From contig DASROV010000289.1 in the NCBI GenBank assembly GCA_035646755.1, positions 1-24,673 on the forward strand: DNA of 24,673 nucleotides. The letters run 5' to 3'. Of this stretch, positions 1 through 8,088 are shown in pieces (position 1 is the stretch's first letter; the number at the start of each line of letters is the position of its first letter). The notes beneath the pieces were generated by a model, which was not told the DNA's origin, did not search any database, and was given only the letters and a program-made list of their open reading frames with translations. The position numbers were made by a program, and so were the translations under genes. The stretch is from Trueperaceae bacterium (GTDB lineage Bacteria > Deinococcota > Deinococci > Deinococcales > Trueperaceae).

Positions 1-1303
1 ACACCGGCACCGTGCCCGTCTTGACGGCCTCGTGCGCGAACACGTAGAGGGCGGCTGACCACGACTGCCCGCCCTGCCCGAGCGGTCTTCCACTGAGGCC
101 GTGGAACCACTCGTTGAACTCCCACTCCTCGTGTCGCCCGCGCCGGTTCATCTCGGCCAGCTTGGCCAGCTCGCGGCCGGCTTGGTCGAGGCGACCGGCC
201 TTGACTAGAGCGGCCACGTAGACGCCGCCGATGAACGGCCACGAGCCGCCGTTGTGGTAGTGATCCGGCTGATTGAGGTTGCGTACGCGGTAGTAGGTTC
301 GCCAGTCGGCCTCCCCTGGCCGGATCGGCGGGTAGAGCGCACGCACCGGCAGCGGTTCGGCGAGTCCGGTGGCGTCGATGTAGTCGAGGATCCTGTCGAT
401 CTTGGGCCGGTCGGCGATGCCAAGCAGGATGGCCATGAGGTTGCCGAGCGTGTCGAAACGGTCGGCGAAGTCGCGGAACGCGACGTACGGCAGGTAGAAC
501 GGCCGCTCAACTAGCTCCACCTCCATGCGCTTCACCGGGTAGAGCCACTCGCGCCGTTCACGGGCCAGGCGGTCATGGTCGGTCGGCGCCTCGGGGCCGA
601 CCCACAGCAGCGTGTCTATCTTCTGGCGCACGTCCAAGGCGGCGGCGAGCCAGTCGTCGGCGCTCGCCGCCGCCTCGCCGCCGAGCGCCCTGGCCAACTC
701 GCTCATCGCGCGCCAACAGGCGCTGTAGAGAACGTTGTCGAAGAGCACGTTATAGCGGTTCGCCAGCAGGTCGGCCCAGTCCATTGCTTCGTGAACCTCG
801 AGGAGTCCACACTCGTTGGAGTCCTGGTACCGCAGCCAGGTCATCGCCTTGTTCAAGTTTGGCCAGGATCTGCTCAGCAGGTCTATGTCCTTGGTCAAAC
901 AGTAGTGGTAGTGGTGGCCGAGCACGTACCACAGGTTCGAGTCGACGCAGCCGGCGTGCGCTGTGTCGAGCACGACGTCATCGGCGGCGTCGGCAGGGGC
1001 CGGTCCAACTCCTCGGGGAGTGCGCTTCTCGACGTTGTGGGGGATCTTGCCGAGCGGCGATTGGTAGCGGCCGAGCGTCTCCAGTGAGCGCCGGAACGCC
1101 TCGTGCGTGCGCGGGTCGTCGCATAGCAGCAGGCCGAGGCCGCTGAGCATGCTGTCGCGGGCCCAGACCTGACGGTAGAGCTGCTTCGCGGCCAGCAGAC
1201 CCAAGTCCGAAGAGTTGGTCACCAGTAGCGCCTCGGCCCGCTCGCGGGCGGTCGCGACGAGGCCGCCGTGGTCGATGACGAGGTCGGGGACGGGCTGGTT
1301 CAC
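1..1303 (-). CDS. GH100-like / amylo-alpha-1,6-glucosidase-type (alpha/alpha)6 glycoside hydrolase, 3' end truncated by the window edge
   Basis: Translated by hand; absent from the ORF track. GTG at 1303 directly follows the ROK TAA, and the frame stays open for 434 codons to the edge. Motifs YRQVWARDSM, GCVDSNLWY, DWADL, YHNGGSWPFIGG and EFNEWFHGLSGRPLGQGGQSWSAALY resemble neutral/alkaline invertase-like enzymes. Confidence 0.8.
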   Translation of the reverse strand, partial: MNQPVPDLVIDHGGLVATARERAEALLVTNSSDLGLLAAKQLYRQVWARDSMLSGLGLLLCDDPRTHEAFRRSLETLGRYQSPLGKIPHNVEKRTPRGVGPAPADAADDVVLDTAHAGCVDSNLWYVLGHHYHYCLTKDIDLLSRSWPNLNKAMTWLRYQDSNECGLLEVHEAMDWADLLANRYNVLFDNVLYSACWRAMSELARALGGEAAASADDWLAAALDVRQKIDTLLWVGPEAPTDHDRLARERREWLYPVKRMEVELVERPFYLPYVAFRDFADRFDTLGNLMAILLGIADRPKIDRILDYIDATGLAEPLPVRALYPPIRPGEADWRTYYRVRNLNQPDHYHNGGSWPFIGGVYVAALVKAGRLDQAGRELAKLAEMNRRGRHEEWEFNEWFHGLSGRPLGQGGQSWSAALYVFAHEAVKTGTVPV

Positions 1304-2359
1304 TTATGAGCCCTGCTCGGTCGTCAAGGCTTCGGTCGTCATCCCGTCGGTCGCCACGGCACCGGTCGTCAAGACTTCCGTCGTTAAGACTTCCGTCGAC
1401 AAGGCGTCGTGCGCCAAGGCGACCGCTCCCCATAACGGAGCGTCGTCGCCGAGCTTTGCCTTGACGATGTCGAGGCTCACCTCCGGCATGGCGTGTGCCC
1501 GTGCCGTGGTGAGGAGGACGTTCCAGAACGGCTCGCCTGACTTGATCACGCCGCCGCCGAGGACGAAGAGTTGTGGGTTGATTAGGTTGGCGGTGCTGCC
1601 AAGCGCGATGCCAAGCGCCCGCGCCCCCGCGGCCAGCGCCGCTAGCGCCACCTCGTCGCCGCGGGCGGCGGCGGCCGCCAGCTGCACGGCGGTCAACGCC
1701 CCGTCCCGAGCGAGCTCGCGGAGCACCGTACCGGTCCCCGGCCGCGCCGCCAGTACCTCGGCAGCCGCAGCCGCCATCGACGGCCCTGAAGCCAGGCGTT
1801 CGACGCAGCCCCGGCCGCCGCAGACGCAACTCGGACCTTCGGGGTCGATGGTGATGTGGCCGAACTCGCCGGCCATGCCTTCGAAGCCGCGCCACACGTC
1901 GCCGCCCAACACCCACCCGCCGCCGACCCCGGTGCTGACGGTGACGTAGAGCAGGCTGTCGACCCCACGGCCAGCACCGTAACGGTGCTCGCCAAGGGCG
2001 CCGGCGTTAGCGTCGTTGTCGATGCGGGTAGGGGCGTCGAAGGCCCGGCTAAGTTGGTCGCGAAGTGGTGTGTTCTCCCAGCCGGCGACGTGATGCGAAA
2101 GCCGCACGACGCCGCGCCCGAACTCGACGGGCCCGCCGAACGACACGCCGACGGCCGCCGGGGCTCGACCGTTAAGCAGCCTGCGGCCCAGTTCGACCAT
2201 GGTCGTCTGGTCGTACCCAGCGTCGACACCGACCGGTTTCTTGACCCGCTCGAGCGCCAACCAGCCGCCGCCGTCGAGCGGTCCGCGCGAACGCCGATCG
2301 ACGAGACCGGCGCTGAGCTTCGTGCCCCCGTAGTCGAGAACCAGTAGCGGCTCGTTCAT
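1304..2359 (-). CDS. ROK family sugar kinase (glucokinase / N-acetylhexosamine kinase-like)
   Basis: DYGGTK ATP motif, IDNDANAGALGE, STGVGGG, GEFGH, Zn-binding CVCGGRGCVE; no N-terminal HTH, so kinase rather than repressor. Confidence 0.92.
   Translation of the reverse strand: MNEPLLVLDYGGTKLSAGLVDRRSRGPLDGGGWLALERVKKPVGVDAGYDQTTMVELGRRLLNGRAPAAVGVSFGGPVEFGRGVVRLSHHVAGWENTPLRDQLSRAFDAPTRIDNDANAGALGEHRYGAGRGVDSLLYVTVSTGVGGGWVLGGDVWRGFEGMAGEFGHITIDPEGPSCVCGGRGCVERLASGPSMAAAAAEVLAARPGTGTVLRELARDGALTAVQLAAAAARGDEVALAALAAGARALGIALGSTANLINPQLFVLGGGVIKSGEPFWNVLLTTARAHAMPEVSLDIVKAKLGDDAPLWGAVALAHDALSTEVLTTEVLTTGAVATDGMTTEALTTEQGS
1317..1406. repeat. Six degenerate 15-bp tandem units encoding the ROK C-terminal pentapeptide tail
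   Basis: Units tcggtcgtcaaggct / tcggtcgtcatcccg / tcggtcgccacggca / ccggtcgtcaagact / tccgtcgttaagact / tccgtcgacaaggcg; protein tail LSTEVLTTEVLTTGAVATDGMTTEALTTEQGS. Confidence 0.75.
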
Positions 2360-3753
2360 GCGGAGGCGAGAGCGTGTCGTTCGAGAGCGAGGTCGATGAA
2401 CGGCAGCAGCTCGCTCCCACCGCTGCGTTTGTGGTGCGCCCTGGCGCTGGCGAACGGCTCTTTCAGCCGCCTCAAGGCCGGTCCGACGTCATCTCCTGCG
2501 ACTGGCGCCGCCACGAGCTCGAGCGCCCGGCGACCGGACCACAACCAGTTCTCCATGGCCTCGAGCCACGGCAACAGCTCGGCTCGCAAGGCGAGGTTAC
2601 GTAGGTGGAACTTCAGGTCGTAGCAGGCTTCGTCGAGTTCGTCGAGGTTGGCCCCCAAGTCGCGGAGCGGGTGCCCGCTGGTGCCCGCAGGCGCCTCCTT
2701 GTCACTGGCGCCGCGCAGGTGATGGCAGGCAGCCACAACGAGCGGCTTCAGAAGCGGCGCCGGTTCGACGCCGAGCGCCCCGTGCAGCGAGGTCGAGGCG
2801 AACGATTCGAACGCGGCGGCCTGCTGCGCTCCCGCCACGGCGGTAAGGGCAGGGCGCCAGGCGTTATCGGGGTCGTATCCGACCGGGTCGCGGAAGTACG
2901 CACCGAAGGTGTGCAGTGCCACCTTCGAGGCCTCGGGCTGGTTCATCGGGTTCGCGGCGAAGCCCTTGGCGCAGTCGACAAGGTCAGGAGCGCGCCCCCT
3001 TAGCGGCCCGATGTGCAGCTCAGACGCCATACCGCCGTCGTTGACGGGGTAGTTGTCCCACAGGATCGGCTGGCGCCTAAGCGTGCTCGCGAACGCCCGT
3101 ACCTCGAGCGCATCGATGGTGCGTGAGCAGACGTCGATGCCGGTGTAGTAGACGTCTATCTCCGGGTGCAGACGCTCGCCGAGTTCGTGCAGGTAGTCGC
3201 CGAACGGCGGCGCGCCGTGGTAGATGGTCGGGCACATCGACAGCTGGGCGTCGGCCCGCTGCTCGCGCAGCCAGGCCAGCGTGCGGTTGCAAAGGTCGGC
3301 CTGGGCGCTGGCGAAGCTGGCGAACTTGCTGCTGTCTTCTAGGTGGCGGAAGGTGGGGTTGATGTCGTCCAAGAACAGCGAGAAGCGTCGCACCCCGGCG
3401 CCGAGAAGCGCTGTGAACTTGGCCGTGATCGCCGCGAAGTCGTTCCCGGAGCCGTAGCGCACGTCGAGCCCGGGACTCAACGCGTACACGAACTCGATGC
3501 CGGCTCGAGCCGCGACGGTCACCGAGTCGCGAAAGTCCAACATGGCCTCGTCGCCGTACGGTTCACGCCAGCGCGCACGGTGCTTGCGATCGTTCTTGGG
3601 ACCGTAGATGTAGGTATTGAAACCGTGCTCGCCCAGGAACCGCAACAGGTCTTCGCGCTGGGGTTGCGTGTAGGCGGCGCCATAGAACCCCTCGACCACG
3701 CCCCTGATGGCGAAGCCGTTCACCGCTTCGGTGGTGTGGAGCCTGGTGCTCAT
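2356..3753 (-). CDS. GH84 beta-N-acetylglucosaminidase (O-GlcNAcase/hyaluronidase family), apparently cytoplasmic
   Basis: RGVVEGFYG, YIYGPKND, YALSPG, LFLDDI (catalytic Asp-Asp), WDNYPVND, NPMNQPEASK; no signal peptide; 4-bp overlap with the ROK start. Confidence 0.92.
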   Translation of the reverse strand: MSTRLHTTEAVNGFAIRGVVEGFYGAAYTQPQREDLLRFLGEHGFNTYIYGPKNDRKHRARWREPYGDEAMLDFRDSVTVAARAGIEFVYALSPGLDVRYGSGNDFAAITAKFTALLGAGVRRFSLFLDDINPTFRHLEDSSKFASFASAQADLCNRTLAWLREQRADAQLSMCPTIYHGAPPFGDYLHELGERLHPEIDVYYTGIDVCSRTIDALEVRAFASTLRRQPILWDNYPVNDGGMASELHIGPLRGRAPDLVDCAKGFAANPMNQPEASKVALHTFGAYFRDPVGYDPDNAWRPALTAVAGAQQAAAFESFASTSLHGALGVEPAPLLKPLVVAACHHLRGASDKEAPAGTSGHPLRDLGANLDELDEACYDLKFHLRNLALRAELLPWLEAMENWLWSGRRALELVAAPVAGDDVGPALRRLKEPFASARAHHKRSGGSELLPFIDLALERHALASA

Positions 3754-4679
3754 CGCGTCGCCCCGGGTAGCCGAGCGCGGCCAGCGCTCAGCAGGAACGA
3801 GGTCATCTTCTCGCGGGTCACCCGCTCGACCGCGTCTTGTGCTCTCTCGAGGTCGTCCTCGCCGAGCGCCGCGATGGCGTCGTCTCTCAACCGGCGTGTC
3901 GAGTCGAGGGCGGCCAGCATCGCGAGCTCGAGGTCGGTCGCCAGGTTCACCTTGGAGACGCCCCCGCCCGGGATGCGTATCGCCTTGACCATCGCCTCGG
4001 CGGGCACTCCCGAGCCGCCGTGCAGCACCAACGGCACGTCGGTCTGCGCGCGGATGGCGGTTAGCCGGTCGATGTCGAGGTTGACTGCGGCGCCGTCACG
4101 CACGCCGTGCATGGTGCCGATCGAGACTGCCATGGCGTCGACGCCGCTCTCGCGGGCGAAGCGGCCGGCCTCTTGTGGCTCGGTCATGGTGCTGCTATAC
4201 GTCTCGTCGGTCTCCGAGAAGGCGAACGCGCCGAGCGTGCCGATCTCACCCTCGACGGACACGCCGGCGGCGTGGCCGAGCTCGACCACGGACGCCGTAA
4301 GCTCGATGTTCTGCTCAAGGGGCAGGTCGGAGGCGTCGATCATCACCGAGGTGAACGAGGAGTGAATCGCGCGGCGGATGATCGCGACGTCGTGGGTGTG
4401 GTCGAGGTGCAGCGTTACCGGAACGCCGACGCGCTCGTCGCGGAGCGCGGCGTAGAACGCCTCGGCGAAGTCCTCGACCGCAACTCCGCAGCGGAGCATG
4501 TCCTTCTGCGAGATCTGCACTATCGCCGGCGACGAGAGCGCCTGGGCGGCGCGAAGCACGGGCAGGACCATCCGCGGGTAGCGCGGCGAGAACGAGCCGA
4601 CCGCGTACTCGCTCCTCTGCGCCACGGGCAGCAGGTCGGCGAGCGTTACGACGTTCGAGGGTCTTAGGGCGCTCACCAC
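3750..4679 (-). CDS. Class II (Zn) ketose-bisphosphate aldolase (FbaA/GatY family)
   Basis: HLDH, SVMIDAS, VEGEIG, AVSIGTMHG, LVLHGGSG, KVN motifs; start could be either of two tandem GTGs (4679/4676). Confidence 0.9.
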   Translation of the reverse strand: MVSALRPSNVVTLADLLPVAQRSEYAVGSFSPRYPRMVLPVLRAAQALSSPAIVQISQKDMLRCGVAVEDFAEAFYAALRDERVGVPVTLHLDHTHDVAIIRRAIHSSFTSVMIDASDLPLEQNIELTASVVELGHAAGVSVEGEIGTLGAFAFSETDETYSSTMTEPQEAGRFARESGVDAMAVSIGTMHGVRDGAAVNLDIDRLTAIRAQTDVPLVLHGGSGVPAEAMVKAIRIPGGGVSKVNLATDLELAMLAALDSTRRLRDDAIAALGEDDLERAQDAVERVTREKMTSFLLSAGRARLPGATR

Positions 4680-5407
4680 TGATCCCTCTCCTCGGTTCGC
4701 CTCGACCCTGCATCGTCAAGCACGCGAGCGACGCGCTCGACCGCGAGGCGTGGGCTGCTCAAGAACTTGTCGCGCTTCTCCTCCGTGAGGCTGGGAAGTA
4801 CCCGCGCCATCGAGGCTTGCGCCAGCACCACGATGTCGTTGGCGGCGGCCAGCTCGTCCAACATCTCGGCAAGTGCGCGGTCGTGCCCTTCCCTATCGCC
4901 GGCCGCCAGGAGGTCGAACGCGTCGTTGGCCACGCGCGCGTCGAACACGGCGCCGGTACCGGCCGCTTCGGCCTTGCGCCGGAGCATGGCGAGCGTTGGG
5001 GCCAGCGTCGTCTGCCGTGTGGCGGCCACTCCGATGCGCGTGCCGCGCCTGATCGCCTCGTCGGTCATGGCGTCGTCGATGCGCACGACGGGAACCGATA
5101 CCTTCTCGCGCATGGCGGCGACGACTTCGCCGACCGATGAGCAGGCGTTGAGGATCACGTCGGCACCGACCTGTGCGGCGAACCCGGCGTAGCTGAGCAG
5201 GCGCTGCTCGACCTCGCTTACGTCTCCGCCGTTGCGGGCGAGCTGCGGCAGTATCGAGTCGTCGACGAAGTTGATGACGTCGGCGGCCGGTAGCAACTCA
5301 GCTACCAGCGCCTTGATCGGGTCGACGGTAAGTGGTGAGGTGTGAATCACAGCCACGGTTACCTTGTCGTCGATCTTCCTTTTGCCGCTGAGTCGGTCGC
5401 GGGTCAC
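4673..5407 (-). CDS. Asp/Glu/hydantoin racemase superfamily protein with only one cysteine
   Basis: ILNACSS, PVVRID, RIGVAAT and DIVVLAQASMA match the racemase fold pattern; Gln occupies the second catalytic-Cys position. Confidence 0.8.
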   Translation of the reverse strand: MTRDRLSGKRKIDDKVTVAVIHTSPLTVDPIKALVAELLPAADVINFVDDSILPQLARNGGDVSEVEQRLLSYAGFAAQVGADVILNACSSVGEVVAAMREKVSVPVVRIDDAMTDEAIRRGTRIGVAATRQTTLAPTLAMLRRKAEAAGTGAVFDARVANDAFDLLAAGDREGHDRALAEMLDELAAANDIVVLAQASMARVLPSLTEEKRDKFLSSPRLAVERVARVLDDAGSRRTEERDQW

Positions 5408-7194
5408 GAGACCGCCTCCGCTTCCGGGTCCTCTCCCTGAGTCCCGGGGATTATCTCATCCTCGAACGGCGCGAGTGGCGAGCTGTGCGGCGCGGCACCA
5501 GGCGCTCGGCCCCAGATGCGGCGGATGAGCTCGTAGTCCTCGTCGAGCAGGGGCTCGCCACTGGTGTCGATGTGGCTCGAGTAGTACAACGAGGGCACCC
5601 CAAGCTCGAGCTGCAGCCCGATGTACTCGCGCCAGGAGCTGCGGTCCGGGATCGGCCAGTTGTCGGTGTCGATAAGCGCGTGAGGGCAGGCGATCCGCGC
5701 CACGTGCGCTCGGTGGCGCATGGCGGCGTTGACGTCAGAGCCCTTGTTGATGTCGTTCAAACGGATCATGTCCAACTGGTCAGCCAGGTAGGGGTGCGGC
5801 GTGTGCGTCATGACGAGCGCGTCGGGTTTCACCGCCTTGGCCTCAGAGTAGAGGATGCTCAGGTAGAGGCGCATCAACTCCAGACCCCAGACGTCGCCGT
5901 TGAGCGTAAGGCCAGGGCCGCTCGGCATGCGTGCGGTGAAGTCGAGTTTGAAGCCGTCGGCGTCGTAGCCATCGGCAGCGAGCATGTTCCTTACTGCGGC
6001 GCGCAAGCGACGTTCGAAGGCTGGGTTGGTAGGGTCACAAGCGACCTTCACGCCCACGGCGTTGGTCACGCATTCCTCGACAGGCAGGCCCTCGGGGTCC
6101 CAGGCCTTGAGCCACAGCAGCACCTTGCGGCCAGTCTCGTGCTGTTCGGCGATGAAGCCGTTGAGATCGGGCCACTTCGCCTCGTCGACGAGGTTCTCGC
6201 CGTAGGTCGCCTGCCACTTGTCATCGATCACCAGCACACCTGGCGAGATGCCCTGCTCGGCCAAGGTCGCGAGGAACGTCCGGTAGTTCGGTTCGGTGGC
6301 GAGCGCCGGGGCGTGCCCGCCGGTCACCGCCGCCAGGTGACTCTGCGAGCCCCAGCCGCAGAAGATCGGCCAACACCACCAGAGCGCTTGCAGCCGGGCG
6401 TGCGGGTCGGGGACCAACGCTCGCGACTTGAAGCTCTTGACGTGAGCCTCGAGCACCTCGTACGGTCCCGCGCCGAACTGTATGGCGAGGTCAGGAAGGC
6501 GATAGACACCGTCAACGCCGGTGCGGCCATCGAAACCGAGCGAGAGGTGGAAGGCGCCTCGCTGCCCGACGTAGCGAAGGTCGTTGTAGCGGTTGGCGCC
6601 GGGGGCGGCCTCGACGCCGAAGCCCAGCCAACCTTGCGACCATTCGAAAGCCAGGCAATACGGTGGGGGCGTGAAGAACCAGCCGTCCTTGCCAGGCAGC
6701 GGAACCCCGGTGGCGTCGATAAGCGACCCGGAGGACGCCGGGAAGTACTGTTCCTCGGCGACCATCGGCTCGGGGTTGAACCCCTTCGACAGTCTCGTTC
6801 CAGACCAGAAGTAGCCTGTCCCCCAGCGTGGCTGTCCCGAGTAGTTGCCGCCGAAGTAGTGGACGTCGGTGAGCTGGCCATGCCCATCGACTTCGGTCTC
6901 GAAGCACAGAGAGGCAACGGTGCAGCGGATGCGGTAGGTCTTGCGGCGCCAGACCGAGCTCGTCGCCTCCAGCGTGAAGACCGTCTCATGACCGGCGGTC
7001 CGCTTCGTGAACTCGCCGACGCCGGTGGTGTCGTCGAGCGCCCGGTTGGTATTGATGCTCGCTGGCACGAACAGGTCGAGCAGAAGTTCGCCGGTCGGGG
7101 AGAACAGTCGTACGTACGGCCTATCGGCCGCGCATTCAAGTGAGTAGTTCGAGCAACGGTAATGCAAAGGCTTTCCTTCGGAGGTGGTTGACAT
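5404..7194 (-). CDS. Putative clan GH-D (GH27/31/36-like) TIM-barrel glycoside hydrolase
   Basis: GVLVIDDKWQATYG...DEAKWPD...GRKVLLW, DGFKLDF (candidate nucleophile Asp), IRLND (candidate acid/base Asp). An alternative TTG start about 27 nt downstream has a better SD (AAGGA). Confidence 0.7.
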   Translation of the reverse strand: MSTTSEGKPLHYRCSNYSLECAADRPYVRLFSPTGELLLDLFVPASINTNRALDDTTGVGEFTKRTAGHETVFTLEATSSVWRRKTYRIRCTVASLCFETEVDGHGQLTDVHYFGGNYSGQPRWGTGYFWSGTRLSKGFNPEPMVAEEQYFPASSGSLIDATGVPLPGKDGWFFTPPPYCLAFEWSQGWLGFGVEAAPGANRYNDLRYVGQRGAFHLSLGFDGRTGVDGVYRLPDLAIQFGAGPYEVLEAHVKSFKSRALVPDPHARLQALWWCWPIFCGWGSQSHLAAVTGGHAPALATEPNYRTFLATLAEQGISPGVLVIDDKWQATYGENLVDEAKWPDLNGFIAEQHETGRKVLLWLKAWDPEGLPVEECVTNAVGVKVACDPTNPAFERRLRAAVRNMLAADGYDADGFKLDFTARMPSGPGLTLNGDVWGLELMRLYLSILYSEAKAVKPDALVMTHTPHPYLADQLDMIRLNDINKGSDVNAAMRHRAHVARIACPHALIDTDNWPIPDRSSWREYIGLQLELGVPSLYYSSHIDTSGEPLLDEDYELIRRIWGRAPGAAPHSSPLAPFEDEIIPGTQGEDPEAEAVS

Positions 7195-7215
7195 GGAGGT
7201 TACCGAGCCTGGGCG

Positions 7216-8088
7216 CTACCTGCCACCCATGCCGGTGATACTTATCCCCTCTATGAAGTAGCGTTGGAACGCCAGGAAGACGACGAGGACGGGCAACATT
7301 ACGAGCAGACTCACGGCCATCAACCAGTTCCAGGCGGGCGCGCCGCCCGCAGCGAACTCGAACTGACGCAGGCCGAGCTGCAAGGTATAGAGGCGCTCGC
7401 TCTGGAGGTAGATGAGCGGGCCCATGAAGTCCTGCCAAGCGCCCTGGAAACTGAAGATGGCGATAGTCGCGAGCGCCGGCTTGGACAACGGCATCACGAT
7501 GTTCCAGAAGATGTTGAGCTCCGAGGCGCCGTCGATCTTCGCGCTCTCGGAGAGCTCCATCGGCACCCCGCGCATGAACTGCCTCAGTAGGAAGATGTAG
7601 AACGCGCTGCCCGTGAAGGCGGGCACTATCAACGGCAGGAACGTGTTGACCCAGCTCGCTGAGCCTTGGAAGCCGAAGGCGGGTAGACGGGCGAAGATGA
7701 TGAACTGCGGGATCATCAAGACCACGCCAGGCATCATCATCGTCGCGAGCACGATGCCGAAGAGAAAATCTCGACCGGGCCATTTCAAGCGTGCGAAAGC
7801 GTACGCGACCATGGCCGAGGAAAGCACCATGCCGATCACCGAGAACACGGTGATGACTACCGAGTTGAAGGCCCAGCGGAACCACATGCCGTACGACAGG
7901 GCGTAGGAGAAATTCTCCCAGGCGAAATGCTGGGGGATCCAGTTGTTGCGCATCAGCTCGGCTGGTTCCTTCAGCGCCGTCGAAATCATCCAGAACAGTG
8001 GGACGAGGAAGAGAACCGAGATGCTGACGAGCCCGAGCCAGGCCACGAAGTGCCAGAAGGAGGCGAAGGGGCTGTAGCCGCGACGCAT
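7216..8088 (-). CDS. Carbohydrate ABC transporter permease (MalG-like)
   Basis: Multiple TM segments; EAA loop variant ELSESAKIDGAS; WQDFMGPLIYL. The ATG at 8088 overlaps the upstream TGA (TGATG), so the track's 8178 start is too long. Confidence 0.95.
   Translation of the reverse strand: MRRGYSPFASFWHFVAWLGLVSISVLFLVPLFWMISTALKEPAELMRNNWIPQHFAWENFSYALSYGMWFRWAFNSVVITVFSVIGMVLSSAMVAYAFARLKWPGRDFLFGIVLATMMMPGVVLMIPQFIIFARLPAFGFQGSASWVNTFLPLIVPAFTGSAFYIFLLRQFMRGVPMELSESAKIDGASELNIFWNIVMPLSKPALATIAIFSFQGAWQDFMGPLIYLQSERLYTLQLGLRQFEFAAGGAPAWNWLMAVSLLVMLPVLVVFLAFQRYFIEGISITGMGGR

Noticed and set aside
5485-7143. Long antisense ORF (552 aa); similar ones at 23069-24145, 3343-4365, 17869-18696 and 13072-13833
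   Set aside because: Shadow ORFs typical of high-GC DNA, opposite genes with clear family motifs; no recognisable domains.
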